A stretch of 63,998 bases of DNA, filler included, from Jimgerdemannia flammicorona (taxonomy: Eukaryota): assembly GCA_003990765.1 (NCBI GenBank). It is 3 parts of 3 records of this genome, joined end to end, with 100 filler letters (N's around TTAATTAATTAA, not from the genome) between each part and the next. Parts side by side here need not be neighbours in the genome. Positions count along the whole stretch, not along the records: positions 1 to 21,466 come from RBNJ01001444.1; positions 21,567 to 43,032 come from RBNJ01001445.1; 1 more part is not named here. One strand, given 5' to 3'. The translations under genes and the position numbers were made by a program. Below, one piece after another: positions 11,301 through 24,628 of this stretch (positions are counted from its first letter, which is position 1; each line of letters starts with the position of its first letter). The notes below the pieces were generated by a model. The model saw only the letters and a list, made by a program, of their open reading frames with translations. It did not search any database and was not told where the DNA came from.

Positions 11301-13057
11301 TTCGCTCCAACATCCTTTGGGTGATGATGCATACTGCCGCTCCAGTATCGACGAGAATTCTGACATTTTCACCATGCACTTTTCCATTGGCAAGTCTTGT
11401 AGATTGATGTTCATGTCGCTGGCTCTCATGGACTGTGTGGATAGTACTAGGTTCTTGAGTGTATAGTCCTTGGACTGGAAGTCTCTTGGTATCTTCCTTG
11501 GCTTCTTTCAGGAATTTTCGCCTGACCTCTGGTGCATTCTTGAGGACTTGCTCAACTGTAAGACCAGCATTCTGTAGGCGGATATGTTCCCAAAGTGAGG
11601 CTGCTGCATAGGGCTTGCTGCTTCTTCGGTGTCTTGGTCCCTTGGGGTGTAGTCTCTCATTCCTGATGGGCATTTCGTCAGCTGAAGATTCTATACTCAT
11701 ATGCTCATCTTCTTCAAGGTCTGGCAGGGTAGAGCTAGGAGTTGTCCTAGATGGTCCGGCTTCTGGTTCAGGAGTATCTCTTCTAACTTGCTTCTTCTGT
11801 TCTTGTGGAGTGTCTGAAGAAGAATGGCTATATCACAGATGCTTGCCTGTGGATATTGTTACTGGCAGTTGAGGTGGAGGGTTCCTTTGTGGTCTTCCTC
11901 ATCCTCTGGTCTCTGCTGGGGCAGCTTCCCATGTCACCTTGGATGGAAAAGCCTCGAAGTATAGATAGGTATCATCTTCTTGACCATGGAGCCAGGCTGC
12001 TTCTTCTTCCATCTCCTGAGTCTCTTCATCTACCTGAAAGAGGTTGACATTTCTGGTATTGGACTGGGTGGATTGGTTCCTTGGACAATTCCTCTGGATG
12101 TGGCCTTGATTTCCACAGTTGAAGCAGGTGGGACCATAGGAACCAGTCGCTGATGAGGCTGTAGTTGCAGCTAATAGTGCAGGGGCAGGACCTCTGTTGT
12201 CTTGTTGTCAGTAGTCTGGTCTGTTATCATGATGGTAGTCCTGTTGTCTTCTACCTTGGTTCTTCAGCTGGGCAACCGCGATGGCCAGGTCCTTCATTTG
12301 CTTGGTGAGCATTGTCATGGGGTCTTCTTGAACTCTTGATGGTAGCTGTTGCTGTGGTTGCCTGAATGGAGTCAGATTTGTGGGTGCTGGTCTGTTCTCA
12401 TAGTTGGCTATCTGGGCTCTGAGGAAGGCATTCTCTTGCTCCATGGTTGTTCCTCGGGTCCTTGGGGTTTCCACTCAGATTGGCTCAGGATAGCCTTGTA
12501 CTTATTGTACTGGTCTATAATCTGCTTCCCAACATCCTTGTGCTCCAGCAACTTGCTGTTCAATGTTTCAGTATCCCATCCTGATAACTTGCCTTTGGAG
12601 TTCTGGGTATAAGCCATTGAGGAAGGTAGTTGAGGCTAGGGCCAGTTGGACTGCTGGTTGAAGGTTCGCCTTAATCATTTGAGCTTGAATTCAATGGTAG
12701 AAACTCTTGGAAGTTTCATTGGCAGCTTGGCTCATATAGGTCAAAGTCTCCTGTGCTTCTTGTTGGCACTCGAATCCATTGAACTGGGCACGGAGCCAGG
12801 CTTTGTGAATCATGTACCTTGCTACATGGTTTCTATCAGGTTGAAGGCCATCATTCAGTTCCTCTGTATGGATTCCTCCTCTGGCTTGCTTGGCTTGATT
12901 ATACCTCTATAGGGCTGGTCCTCTCAGGAGTGACTCCACAATTCTGAGTTTTCTTGCAGCATCCCATTGTTTAGTGGCTGCTTGAACTTCAATTTCTCCA
13001 AAGAATTCCTCGATATCTTCATTGTCTGCACCATGGAACTTCTGAAGGTAGCTCATG
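8314..13057 (-). pseudogene. Family A gag-pol pseudogene (gag with CCHC knuckle, aspartic protease, RT, RNase H, integrase)
   Basis: CFNCGNQGHIQRNC near 12080-12130, ILVDTGA near 11345, LVYIDDVII near 10385, and integrase with C-terminal KLEPKWEGPY near 8450. Many stops and frameshifts; the RT N-terminus appears deleted. Confidence 0.92.
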
Positions 13058-13931
13058 TCTGGCTCGTCTTCACTATCTGAGTATTGTTCAGGGGTAGGGG
13101 ATCTGGCAGATCCTTGGGGTGATGGGAAAGGTAGTGGTGCTAGTACTTGATGAACTAGTGGTGCTGGCAAAGGGTGGTGTCTTGGTAAGGGTGAGGGTAA
13201 TCTGGCTCTTCTAATTAATGCTAGGGTTGAAGTCCTGGGTAGTGGTGGAGATCTTCTGATTGACTAGTGATAGTGGCGAGATATGAGTGACCAGGGTACT
13301 GAAGTTCGAGCAACTGATGGTGGGAGTGGACTGATATAACTGATAGTGAGTTTGTCTGCCCCTTGCTATTGTGAAGTAGTGAGGTCTTGTTCACCTTGTT
13401 GTGGGTCAGTGTCACTGTCTGGATAATAGTATAGGTTGAATTCGTCCCTTTGATGGTCTGATCCCCAATCGTTGTCTTGCTCTGGTTGATATGGATGGTA
13501 GTCCTCTTCTCCTTCTGATGTTTCAAAGTATACCCGGTCTAGTGGAGTGACTCGAGTAACAACAGTAGTTATGTAGTCACTTCTGTCTAAGTTCTTCCTA
13601 TGGATAAGGGTCTGATACTCCTCGGGGATATCCTCTTCTTCTTCTTGGCCTAAGTCTTGGATCTGAAGGAGCGGTTCTGGTTGCCCTCTGAGTTGTCTCC
13701 TTTCTCTTGAAGTCAAACCATAATCTGGGTCACTTCTTTCTTCTGATTCGGTTTTCTGGCTACTGGTGTTGAGTAGAGTCCTGGCTACTGTTCTGACAAG
13801 GGTGTGGGCTTTCTTTTCTGCTGAGGAGGGCTGTTGCTGCCCCTGGTTTGGTTGCTGACTTGGTCCAGCTAAGTTCTCCACTGTAGATAGCTGGGTTCTT
13901 GAGCCAAATGGTCAAGTCTTTTGAAAACTTT

Positions 13932-13947
13932 CCCAGTTGAGCCCCCA
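13932..13947 (-). promoter_or_regulatory. Primer binding site, tRNA-Pro-like
   Basis: Minus strand TGGGGGCTCAACTGGG 3 nt after the 5' LTR, compared with the canonical tRNA-Pro PBS TGGGGGCTCGTCCGGG. Confidence 0.7.
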
Positions 13948-13950
13948 AAA

Positions 13951-16295
13951 TGTGACGTTGGGTTTGTATCCTTAGTTCTCTTCAGGCATGACTCAAGGTG
14001 CCACTTGGTGAAGCGCGTGATATATAACTGAAGGCATTGGTGACATTCGCAGGTTGATAGTCATGTGATCAGGTCGTTTGATTCGTGCGGTAATTGATAA
14101 TAGCGGGACTTCAATTGTTCAATGATAGTGGCTCAATTGTTTAGTGGAAAAGGGCGTTCCTGGCGGCGAACTTGAATTTATGTGGTGACGATGGTCTTGG
14201 CTTTAAGCGGTTCGTAGCGCAGTAGGTTGGAGGTTGACGGCTCGCTCGTCTGTCTTGACTTGTTAACTTGGAAGGTTCCTGGTGGTCATTCAGGTCTTTG
14301 GCAGTGGTCTTGTATCCTTTGGCTGGGTAACTTGGGTTCCTTGGGTTTCCAGGTCTTGAATCTCGAATGGCGGTCGAATGCGCGGTCCGAATAGCGGTCT
14401 GAATGCGCGGCAGTCATAGTCTTGAATCCTTGGCTGGGTCTCGGGTCTCGAATAGCAGTCGAATGGTGGCAGTCGGGTAACGTTTTCTTTCCATGGCAAG
14501 AGAAAATTCTTTAACTCAAACTTCTGAGCGATCTGTTGCTCTAGGTTGTTATCTTGTTCTCAGAATTTATCTGGTCTCTTGGAGGCAGTGGTTTCTTTGT
14601 AATCCTTTTTACTTTTAAACACAAATTGGCTGAGGCTTTATTCACTCTAAGGATATGGGTTATTTATATAAGTTTGCTAGCTATGGGGGGGGTGCGACTA
14701 AGGCTAAGGTATATTACATTGTGGCAAACTTCACTATGCTATTGGCTTGTACGATGTGAGGTGCAGGCTATTGTTTACTACGGATTGGGTTGTAGGGGAT
14801 AGTAATACTGGATTCAGATGAGCAGACAGGAGTGCTGATTGTTGCCAGAAACGGTTGTGGAGGGTAGCAATGCTGGATTCGGATTTGCTGACAAAATGCT
14901 GAAAACGGTGGTACTGGATAGCAACGCTGGAAACGGTTGTGCTGGGTAGCAATGCTGGATTCGGACTTGCTGACAAAACGCTGAAAATGGTGGTACTGGA
15001 TAGCAATGCTGGAAATGGTTGTGCTGGGTAGCAATGCTGGATTCGGACTTGCTGACTTGCTGACATGAAGGCTGCACAATTCTCACGGCTGATGGGTGGT
15101 ACTTCTAGAGGAAATAGTACCCTTCGTCTGCAGTGGGCAAATCTTGCTGGATTAAGATTTCTTCTTCGTCATACCTTTCCTCAAAAGGGGGAAGCGCCGG
15201 CCAAGAGGTGAGGGGGTAGAAAAGTGGCCAGTCATCTTCAACAATATTCTCCAACCCTTGAACAGCTTGAATGCAGACAGAGGACTGGTAGACTCTCTGT
15301 TGCTCCTCTTCTTCTTCTGAAAACTTGTCAGTTTCAGTGTCAGAGGGGGTTTCTTCAGGGGCAGGGTCTTGGAGTTCTTGGGCTTCCTCTTCAAAGACAG
15401 GGACTTCTTGGGCTTCTTGATTTGATTCCCAAATGATGAGATGTGAATTGTGGCTGACAGGGTGGTGAGTGGTTGGGGTAGCTCCAACAGGTGCTTCTAT
15501 GGTAATGGGTGGACCTTCAAATATCTCCATAAGACTCATTAGGTGACCTTGATGGTTGTCTCGGAGTGGGGTGGTGTGGAAACCTGGCTGAGTAGGTTCG
15601 GTTTGTTGGCTTCCTATGGTGATGCGGTTGCTGCCAGTAGAGTTGGCTACTTCAGATTCTATCCAGTCAGTATCTTCAGTTGAAAGGTGGGAGAGGCTGC
15701 CAGCCGTTACTCCTTGCAAGTATGCTATGGCCCAGAGAATATGGCAGAAGGTTTTGTGGACACGGAGAGCTCTCTTGATTAGCCAGCTAGTGGTTATCAA
15801 TTCAGTAATGAGGCCTTCCCGGTCGTCTTCTTGAGTCTTATTGCAAAGGTGGTGTCTGATTTCGTAGTTATACCAGAGGGTCATTCGTTCGGTAGTGTCT
15901 TTGAGCTGCTGGATCATTATATACCAGTAGTTGATGAAGTGTCCAAGGTCCTTGGTGTAGAAGTTCAAGTGTTCAGAAGTATCTGGGCACCAGATGGCCT
16001 TCTTGATAGCTTCAAAGATCAGGGTCTTTGGGCCAGGCAAAGGGGTAGAGCGGCAGGAGGTCTGGTTAGATCAGCGAATGGGAGGCATTGTGTGGTGGGT
16101 ACTTGGTTCTTTGGTACTGATCCCTGAGGCGGAGTATGGTTCCTTAAATAATGTGGTCTTCATTTTGGCTCAGATCATCTTGTCTTCTTTTGGGATGATC
16201 ACCTAATGGGTCAGGCTGTCTATTTGATTGTCACGCCATTATGTCATATAATCTTAGCAGTCACCGGTACTCCAATGTCAATTGCTTATGTCACA
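13951..16295 (-). repeat. 5' LTR of family A (2345 bp)
   Basis: Direct repeat of 5642-7988; differences are mostly C/T and G/A transitions. Confidence 0.95.
15105..16040 (-). CDS. LTR-embedded ORF, copy in the 5' LTR of family A
   Basis: 311-aa open frame nearly identical to 6795-7895. Confidence 0.65.
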   Translation of the reverse strand: MPGPKTLIFEAIKKAIWCPDTSEHLNFYTKDLGHFINYWYIMIQQLKDTTERMTLWYNYEIRHHLCNKTQEDDREGLITELITTSWLIKRALRVHKTFCHILWAIAYLQGVTAGSLSHLSTEDTDWIESEVANSTGSNRITIGSQQTEPTQPGFHTTPLRDNHQGHLMSLMEIFEGPPITIEAPVGATPTTHHPVSHNSHLIIWESNQEAQEVPVFEEEAQELQDPAPEETPSDTETDKFSEEEEEQQRVYQSSVCIQAVQGLENIVEDDWPLFYPLTSWPALPPFEERYDEEEILIQQDLPTADEGYYFL

Positions 16296-16371
16296 ATATA
16301 TATTATCTGCTACTCTGAATAATATTAGATAAGGAAATCATCTCTGATATATATAAAAAAAAAAAAAAAAA

Positions 16372-16414
<43 letters not shown>

Positions 16415-17079
16415 ATATAAGAGAAATAAATATATTATTACGCATTTTTGAGAGTTTGAATAAATACTTTAAAGATAAAGTAATTTATTCAAGAGGAAGT
16501 TTTAATGTATTTCAAATTAAGAATAATTAAGAAAATAGATATTTGATTATAGTATCTAAATTTAATTTCCAAATTTTATATAGTATTATAGTTAGTAGTT
16601 ACTCAATTTTATAGATATAGAATTCTATAATTGTAAAAATCTTATACTTATGAGAAACTTACAATTATAAAAATCTTACAACTATAAGATAACTTATAAT
16701 AGCTATTATATAGTTAGCAAACTTATATAAATATTCTCAATATTTAGAGTGAATAAATCTTAGATTAAAATAGTTTAAAGTAAAGAACTAATAAGTTAAT
16801 AAGTAGATATACTTCAATCTCACTCTTATTAAAAACTCTGAGAAGTTAAGAAAATTAAGAGAATAAGATAAAGAAATCTATCATATTTCTCAAATTAAGT
16901 ATCTACTATATTATACTATATAGATTTCAGTTTAGTTAATAATATATCTAAGATAAATTCTTAATTTCTTTAATATAATTTAAGTTACTTGAAGATTTTC
17001 TCAATATATTATAGATATTTTTAATAGTTTTATTAAAAATGATAATATTATCTATATCTCTTAGTTTATTATAATAGTG

Positions 17080-19956
17080 ATGACATTATCACAGAAGATA
17101 GTTTTTTCTTATAAGTCACTAGATCAGAGTATAAGAAGATCATATGGCATGACTCATCCAGACTACAAGATGAGTAATGATGATCAACTATGAGTTATAA
17201 TGACCATAAGATAGACATCTTAAGAAATATAAAAGAAGAGCTAAGGAACTGCAGCAACAGCAACTCAAATAAGACTTATAAAATTCTGAAATAGTTCAAA
17301 GCACTATAAACAAAATGTCTGCTACTCACTAAACTGTAAGGTCCAGGAACCACCAAAACTTTTCAGTCCAAGAAAGGATGTTCCAAGACATCAGGAGAGT
17401 CATGAGGACCCATACTAGAAGGACTTCTAGTCTTAACCTAGGTACTGATAACTCTTATTACTTTATTCTCTACTACTGTAAAATAGAAATAAGGATTACT
17501 ACTACTACTGAATATCTCTGGATGTAGTAAGAATATAAAATAGGAAACCTCTTCTGCTGGGAATTTCTTCAGACCAGTCTCCAAGAGATATAAGATACCA
17601 CCTCTATAGATACATACAAATTGAGAGTAGCTGTAATGGTTCTAGTTTCTTTAAGAGGAAGTAGCTAAATCTGGAAGTTCTAGTTGGCCTAAAGTAACTT
17701 GAAGAGATACTTAAAGATTCAAGTATTCTCAAAGGATTTCTGAGAGAAAATATTCTGAGCTTTATTTAGGCAGAAAATAAAAATATTTATATATAATCTG
17801 AAAGAAAGATCTGGAAGGATTTTAAAAAGAAAGAGAAATGCTAAGAAATAGGTTCTCAGCAAAGATGACTAATATGGTTCTACAATGTTCCAAAAGATTC
17901 TATGACTAGCTAAGATAAGATGCTTGATACCAAGGAAAGATAAGAGTGTTTTAGTAATGTCTAGGTACTAAGAGAAGGTTTCTAAGCAAGTAGAAGGTAG
18001 TGGAATATATATAGTAGAATGTTCAAGAAATGATAAGAAAAGACTAACTAAAAGATGCAAAAATATACTAAGACTAAATATGACTGTGAAATTGTTACAT
18101 TTCTCTCTCCTTAAGAATCAATATTCTCATTGAGTTTTTAGGTAATACAAGACTAGATATACTTAACCAAAATTTCTCAAACTTATATCAATATATTGAT
18201 AAGGATTGACTATCCTCATATAAGATAGAGGGCCTATTACTAGACTAACTAACTGAGAGAGGTTCAAATCCAACTAGTAACTTTATTTCAGTGAACTTCT
18301 TGTTTATTAAATGTTCTGCTGATTCCAGGGTCTCAAAGTAAACTTTTGATGTATAAGGCACTGGTCATTACCATAGGTTGTCAACAATTCAAGGAAGTCA
18401 CTACAGAGATTGGGCAATGTGTTTTGCCTTGAAGTCTTGAACTAGATCTTGAGAGTTCTTGAGGTTGACCAGTGGTTTCCAGGTAGTATTATATTCAGAG
18501 TAGCTCATCTACTTGACTAGGTATTCAGGACAGTAGTAGCAGATTCATTTGTCAAGAATTTTCTCAGCTTCATACTCAATATGGTTTTCAATAATTACAG
18601 AGACAGATGGCTTGGGAATTTGACCAGAGTATAGTAGTGACTGGTTTCAGATCTTAAGGTGTGATATATAAAAGACTGGGTATACTCTCATGGTTTCAGG
18701 TAGCTTGAGGTGATAGGAGGATACAGAGACTTGTTCAGTAATCTTGAAAGGTCCAATATACTGGAGTTGGAACTTGTTTGATAGGTAGTTGACTTGATAT
18801 TCTTAGTAGATAATAGGACTTGATCTTCAATAAATGATATCATGATATTTCTTATCAGCATACTTGGCTTGATGTTGTTGAGCTTTCTGAAGGTTTGTAA
18901 TAGCAATCTTAAGTAGTTCATCCATTTTGTCTATAAGGCTCTTGGTGGTAGAAACTTATATCTGACTGCTTTTCTTAAAAGAGAATAGACTTGTAAGGGT
19001 CTCAGAATCTTGACTGTAGAGTAGCTGAAAAAAGAAAAGATCAGTAGATAATTGGATAGCATTATTATATATGAACTCCACATAAGTCAGGTAGTGGTCC
19101 CAATTATCTTGCTTATAGAAAATGTAGTTTCTATTCATGTACTTGGTTTGTCTATTAGTTTATAGGTAGAAGGTAGTAGATATAGCCAATTGGGTTCCCA
19201 GGGTCTTGAAGAGAGTTTGTCAGAAGTGACTAGTGAACTTGGGGTCACAATTACTGATAATCACTTATGGCAGACCATAGTAATGGAAGATAGACTTGAA
19301 GAAGATTCTTGTAATCTCAGGTATAGTAGTATTAGTAGTAGTTGGTTCAGCAATCATAGTTTTGGTCAGATGGTTAATGAATATGATAATAGTATCAGCA
19401 CCAGATTAAGTTCATAGTACATAGTTAAGTTATGAAGTCCATAGTAACTTACTTGAATTTCTTGGTAGAAATTGGTAGTAGTTATAGTAAACTGACTGAT
19501 ACTTAGTTGGTAGACTTGTTGCACTGGTATAGGTCACAGCTAGCAATATAGTTCTTGATTTCCTTGACCATGCTCAGCCAATAGTAATAGTGTTGAATGT
19601 TCTTAATAGTCTTCTTGATTCCTAGGTAATCAGTAAAAGGGGAGTCATAGTGTTCTTGTAATATCTTATAGCATAGATTCATATTTTCAGATAGATAGAC
19701 TTGGTCTTGATGATAGATCAGATTGTTCTTGACAGTATATATATCCTTAAGCTTATTCAAGAAAACTCTAGTAGTAGTTATATCTTATTTGTAAGCTTGC
19801 TTAATTTGGTCTAGAAATTCTGATGCCAAGATAACTTGCATGATTGTGGTAAGATCAGGGCATCTTGATAAGATATCTAATACTACAAGTATCTTGCTAG
19901 GCTTATAGATAATTGTTGGGTTAAAGGTTTGAAGCTTAAGGCTCTACTTAGCTTGT
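17080..19956 (-). mobile_element. Old decayed chromodomain-bearing Gypsy remnant (LTR-like ~17080-18099, integrase/chromodomain)
   Basis: Chromodomain-like EYEAEKILDK...EYLVK...TWKPLVNL near 18460-18580. Integrase His-His region ILQEHYDSPF..LGIKKT..YYW at 19503-19760. PPT-like tract next to TGTTACA at 18099. Confidence 0.75.
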
Positions 19957-21420
19957 TGTAAGAGGGTTACTTGTAAGAATAACTATTATATAGTTCTGAA
20001 AGGGTTTTCTGGAAGTTCTGGATATTCTGAAAGATCATTTTCTTAAGGTCAAGATCAATTTCATATGGAGTATGTCATCTATACTTATTGATTTTAAGAT
20101 TGGGTTAATGTCTCAATCAAAGTCCTTTTTTGGACTAGTTCTGGATGTTTAGGATTTTCTGTATTTCAGGAAATTTAAGAAACTAAGACCAGCTTAGCTG
20201 AATCAGTATATCACTGCAGACAATACCTAATTAGGAAATTTTATGACAGAGTTAGGAGTGGGACCTAATGGGAAGTAGATTTACTTAAGAGTGGTTTGTG
20301 GATTATTAAATAGATTTATTTGCTATTCATGATATTGCTATACTAGAAGTAGTTGTGTGAAGAGATATTGTGGAGAAGTGCTCAGGAGTTGTGTTCAGAT
20401 TGTTCAAGTCTGTTCAAGTCTGAGATTCTGAGGTCTAGGAGAGAGGGTATTTATACTAATAAGGAGCTATCTGGACTATACTGAATATGGATGTAGTACT
20501 TAGTGCTTTGCTGAGTCAGAATATAGTTATATCACATGAGGCTAATCTAACTATACTAATGACTGCTAAGCTATCTATAAATTTAGATACTGTCTGGATA
20601 GTCTTTGATGATATCACTATCAATGATATTATCTTTGATAAAGTAGTCATCTAGGAAGAGTGGTTCACAGATTATCTCTTCCTGTTTACTAAGATAATAA
20701 TACATATATTGGGACTTTATTACTGTCTCATAGGATAGCATCATCTGTCTCATATGCTAGATATGAAGTTGGTAGGTGAAGGAGGAGTATATCATCTTTC
20801 CTTTCATTGGATTTGCTGTCTGTATACCTTCTATAAGTTATGGTACTATGAGTTGCAGAGTTGTAGTATGCTGATGGTTATGCTTCATATTATTTATACT
20901 TAGGTAGTGGGGTTGTTGGTTTGATCTCAAAGGTTGTCTGGAGATACAGATTATTTCTCCAGTCTCTTCATTATAGTTAAAGTAATTGGAGGTAAATGTG
21001 GACTAGTATTCATACCAGTAGTCATTATCTCAATAGGTCTCATAAGTGGTTATGAACTGTTGTAAGTTCATCAGTAAGGCTAACAGAGTGATCAGGGTTG
21101 GCAGAGATCCTTGGCTTGAGGTCATATTTGTGTCAGAGGGATCATTATCTTCTGCTTCATCATTGTCAAACCAGATTATATCATAGATATCCTTCATGGC
21201 ATATCCAATTTAGGGTATTTACAGAATGTGATCATTAGGGTACAGGAAGGTTCTATCTGTGGTTTGAATATACTTGATATACTTATGGTTGAGTTCTTAT
21301 ATTATATCATCAATTTGGTTATAGAATAGAGTTGCAACTATTTTGGCAATAGTAACTCAGAGGTGGAGAATAAAGGAGCTATACTTGTAGAAGAGTTCTT
21401 GGTATTTGTGGGCAATGAGT
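19957..21420 (-). repeat. LTR of Gypsy family B inserted into the older element, truncated by the gap
   Basis: Starts TGTAAGAGGGTTAC and is colinear with 37105-39176. Confidence 0.9.
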
Positions 21421-21421
21421 T

Positions 21422-21466
<45 letters not shown>

Positions 21467-21566
21467 NNNNNNNNNNNNNNNNNNNNNNNNNNNNNNNNNN
21501 NNNNNNNNNNTTAATTAATTAANNNNNNNNNNNNNNNNNNNNNNNNNNNNNNNNNNNNNNNNNNNN
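21467..21566. other. Scaffold gap with TTAATTAATTAA linker
   Basis: N run containing a six-frame-stop linker; the same structure occurs at 43033-43132. Confidence 0.95.
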
Positions 21567-21570
21567 TTTT

Positions 21571-23731
21571 TTTGCGCAAAACGACCCAGAATTGGACGCG
21601 CCAATCGTATGGATGTAAGGTCTCATACCTTCACTCAATTGTCTTGTGTTTGCATACTATCTAGTTTTGCCTTTGAAACCCAAGAGCGACGAAGTGCCAG
21701 CAGAGGAACCCGCCCAGAGAGATGAAGCTGTCGCGTTGGTCGCCGTCCGGTGCATGTGCGACCTGTTAACGAGCGTGACGCACTTCAACTTTCGCACCAA
21801 CTTGATGACCGCTATCGTGTCACGGATGAGCACAGTGAAGTGGACTGAGGTAACTACATCTCTTGTCGCACGTAATATAAATCGTAATCTCCTCGCCCGA
21901 TGAACAACATAACTATGCTTCAACCTCCACCCCAGATGTTACCCCTCTGCTGCGACGCGATCATCGACGTCTTTCAGAACGATGAGTCTGGTGAGGCTTC
22001 GCTAGATGCGGTGAAGGTGTTGACACGAATGGTCAAGTCCAAAGGGTACATCGTGAACGAGGCCGCTCTGAACACGCTACTGCACCTTCGGTTAAGGGAG
22101 GAATTGGTGCCACGGTCAAAGGCGGAAGCGGAGGCCAAGCAAGCCAGGAACCTGAAGCGGAAGAGGCAGGAGCAACATAGGTCGCGGAAGCAGCGAAAGA
22201 TAGATAGTGAGAGGAAGGAGGTTGAGAAGGAGCTAAAGGAGGCGGAGGCTATGGTGAATAAGGAGGAAAAGGAGAAAATGGTGGGTTCTTTCTCTTTTTT
22301 TGGGGGACGGGGGAAGGAACGGAAAGCGAGTGTACGGTGTCTGGACACATGGCTTCAGCCAGTTCAATCCGTTATTTGGCCGCCTAACAATGCGTCAATT
22401 CATTAATATATTGTCACAGCAAACAGAAACCTTGAAACTCGTATTTGCGACGTACTTCCGAATCCTAAAACATCAGAAAACTTCTCCTCTACTTCCCGCC
22501 GTGTTGGAAGGCCTAGCCAAGTACGCCATTCAGACTTGTCGGAATGACATATATCATTAATCTTATAATGAGCGATAATCTCACAAGGCTCTTGTTCCAT
22601 TTGTAGGTTCACGCATCTGATCAACGTGGATTTCTTTGAAGACCTGTTGGAGGTTCTAAAAAAAATAATGATGTCACATGCCAACGATTCGTTAGAGCAA
22701 GACGACGTCTCGCTATTCAAGTTCGATACCCGTCGGAGTCTTTTGTGCATCATCACCGCGTTCAAATTGCTCTCTGGACAAGGTAAACATCTCCCCTTTA
22801 AAGATTGGTAATTCTCAGATACTTCACTAAAAAAAAATCACGTACTCCATGCCACGAACCACAGGCGAGGCATTCAACATTGATCTTAAAGATTTTTATA
22901 CGGAGATGTACTCCATCCTACTCCCGCTCTCGTACAACACCCGGCTCGAGGACATGTCACAGCGGAGTCTGCATGACGAAGCGCTGCCAGCGAAGGTCGA
23001 ATCAAAACACAAACAGGCACACACTGCAACCGAGGAGGAGTTGATGTTGATGGGATTGGAACTGCTGTTTTTCAACCGGCGGCAGGTACGTCTGGTTGTC
23101 AGTTGCGAGAAGGATTGGAATCATTGTAGGTCGCTAATACCCTTTTTTTTGGAACAGAATCAGATCCCCAAGGATCGGGCGGCGGCATTTGTCAAACGTC
23201 TTGCGTTGACATCACTGAATATGCCCAGCAAGACCGTCGTTGCATTGCTAAACTATATCAGAAAGCTGCTAATGGTATGGATATGTGTCTTAGAATTGCG
23301 TTTGTGTTCTTGTTTGTATTTTATGCTGTTTTTTCTTGCGGGCATAACACGCCATTGTACTGGGCGTGAGTTAAATGCAGATTAAGCATCGATTATGACG
23401 TTCGGACATCCATCTAATTATATGCTCCCTGTTTGGATCTCAGAGACAACCCCTTCTTGACGCTCTCCTGTCATCGGAAGACAAAGCGGGCAATGGGGTG
23501 TACCTGTCGGTTTTGGATGACCCTGAACTCTGCAATCCTTTCGCAACAAGCTTGTGGGAGCTGCAATTATTACAGGTACGACGAAACTGCGATTACACGT
23601 TATTTTCTGGCAGCAGATTGCCTCTCATCGAATCACTTCCATTCCTACAGATTCACTATGATCCCAAGGTACGCGGGCTGGCGAAAAGCCTTTCCAAGTT
23701 TGAGCCAGTGGGGAAGGTAGTTGGGGCATAG
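21571..23731 (+). CDS. NOC3: Nucleolar complex-associated protein 3 (CBF/Mak21 domain), 5' part lost in the gap
   Basis: Motifs [92 protein letters not shown] and HYDPKVR. Approximate exons 21665-21849, 21935-22280, 22420-22520, 22607-22782, 22865-23085, 23164-23273, 23443-23575 and 23651-23731. Confidence 0.93.
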
Positions 23732-24628
23732 GAGAATCCATCATAGGTTATTTGTAGTATGGTTATTTGGTATAATCAGAATATGTCATCTTGATTATTT
23801 TCTTCTCTGAACAATAATCTATAGCTATACTACTTTTTAAATATAATATCTTATCATATTAATAATTTAAAATATTGATAATTTGTCTCATAATTATTAA
23901 TAATAAATATTTTAATAATATATATTAGTGATTATAGTAAGTAATAATAAATAATTACTAATTAATATATAGTACTTTCAAATAAATTAAATTAATTCAA
24001 ATTAAATTGAATTAAGATTAAGATTAATTCAAATTAAATTTGAATCAAATTGGGATTTAATTTAATTTAAAATTAAGAGTTAAATTTTCAACTTAATAAA
24101 AATATCCAAATATAATAATTTTTATTATATTAGATTTATTTAGATAAAATAAATATAATAATTTAAAATTTATCAAATTTGAATATATTTTTATTAAGTT
24201 AGTAAACTTTAAAAATTTAAAACTCTAATTAAATTAATTTTCAATATAATAAAATTATACTTCAATATCATAAAAGATAATGTTATTAAGCTGATATCAT
24301 CAGATTTATGTCACCAGCAAGGTTATATACTGAAAAACTCAAGAATATTAGTGAAATTATAATGATTCTACACTAACCTCAGCTCTCTTTAGCTAATGAC
24401 ATCATAGTAGTCATACTAGTCTCTATACTAATTTATATTGACTTTACTGATATTACTATAGATGTCTCAAAAATAGACCAAGGATACTAAAAATAGAATA
24501 TGATTAAATTAATCTATAATTCTATTAATATTAAATACTAAAATAGTCAATAATATTACATATCTAAAACTATAAGATCAGAACTAAACTCTAAAGAATT
24601 TAGTATTATATCATCTCTTTGAGAGAGA

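Larger units (their letters stand above)
5642..16295 (-). mobile_element. Full-length Ty3/Gypsy LTR retrotransposon (family A), decayed
   Basis: Paired LTRs 5642-7988 and 13951-16295 with TGTGAC...TCACA ends, flanked by ATATAT on both sides (4-6 bp TSD). Internal gag-pol on the minus strand. Confidence 0.95.

Noticed and set aside
21511..21522. TTAATTAATTAA palindrome inside N runs (also 43077-43088)
   Set aside because: Assembly linker with stops in all six frames, not biological.
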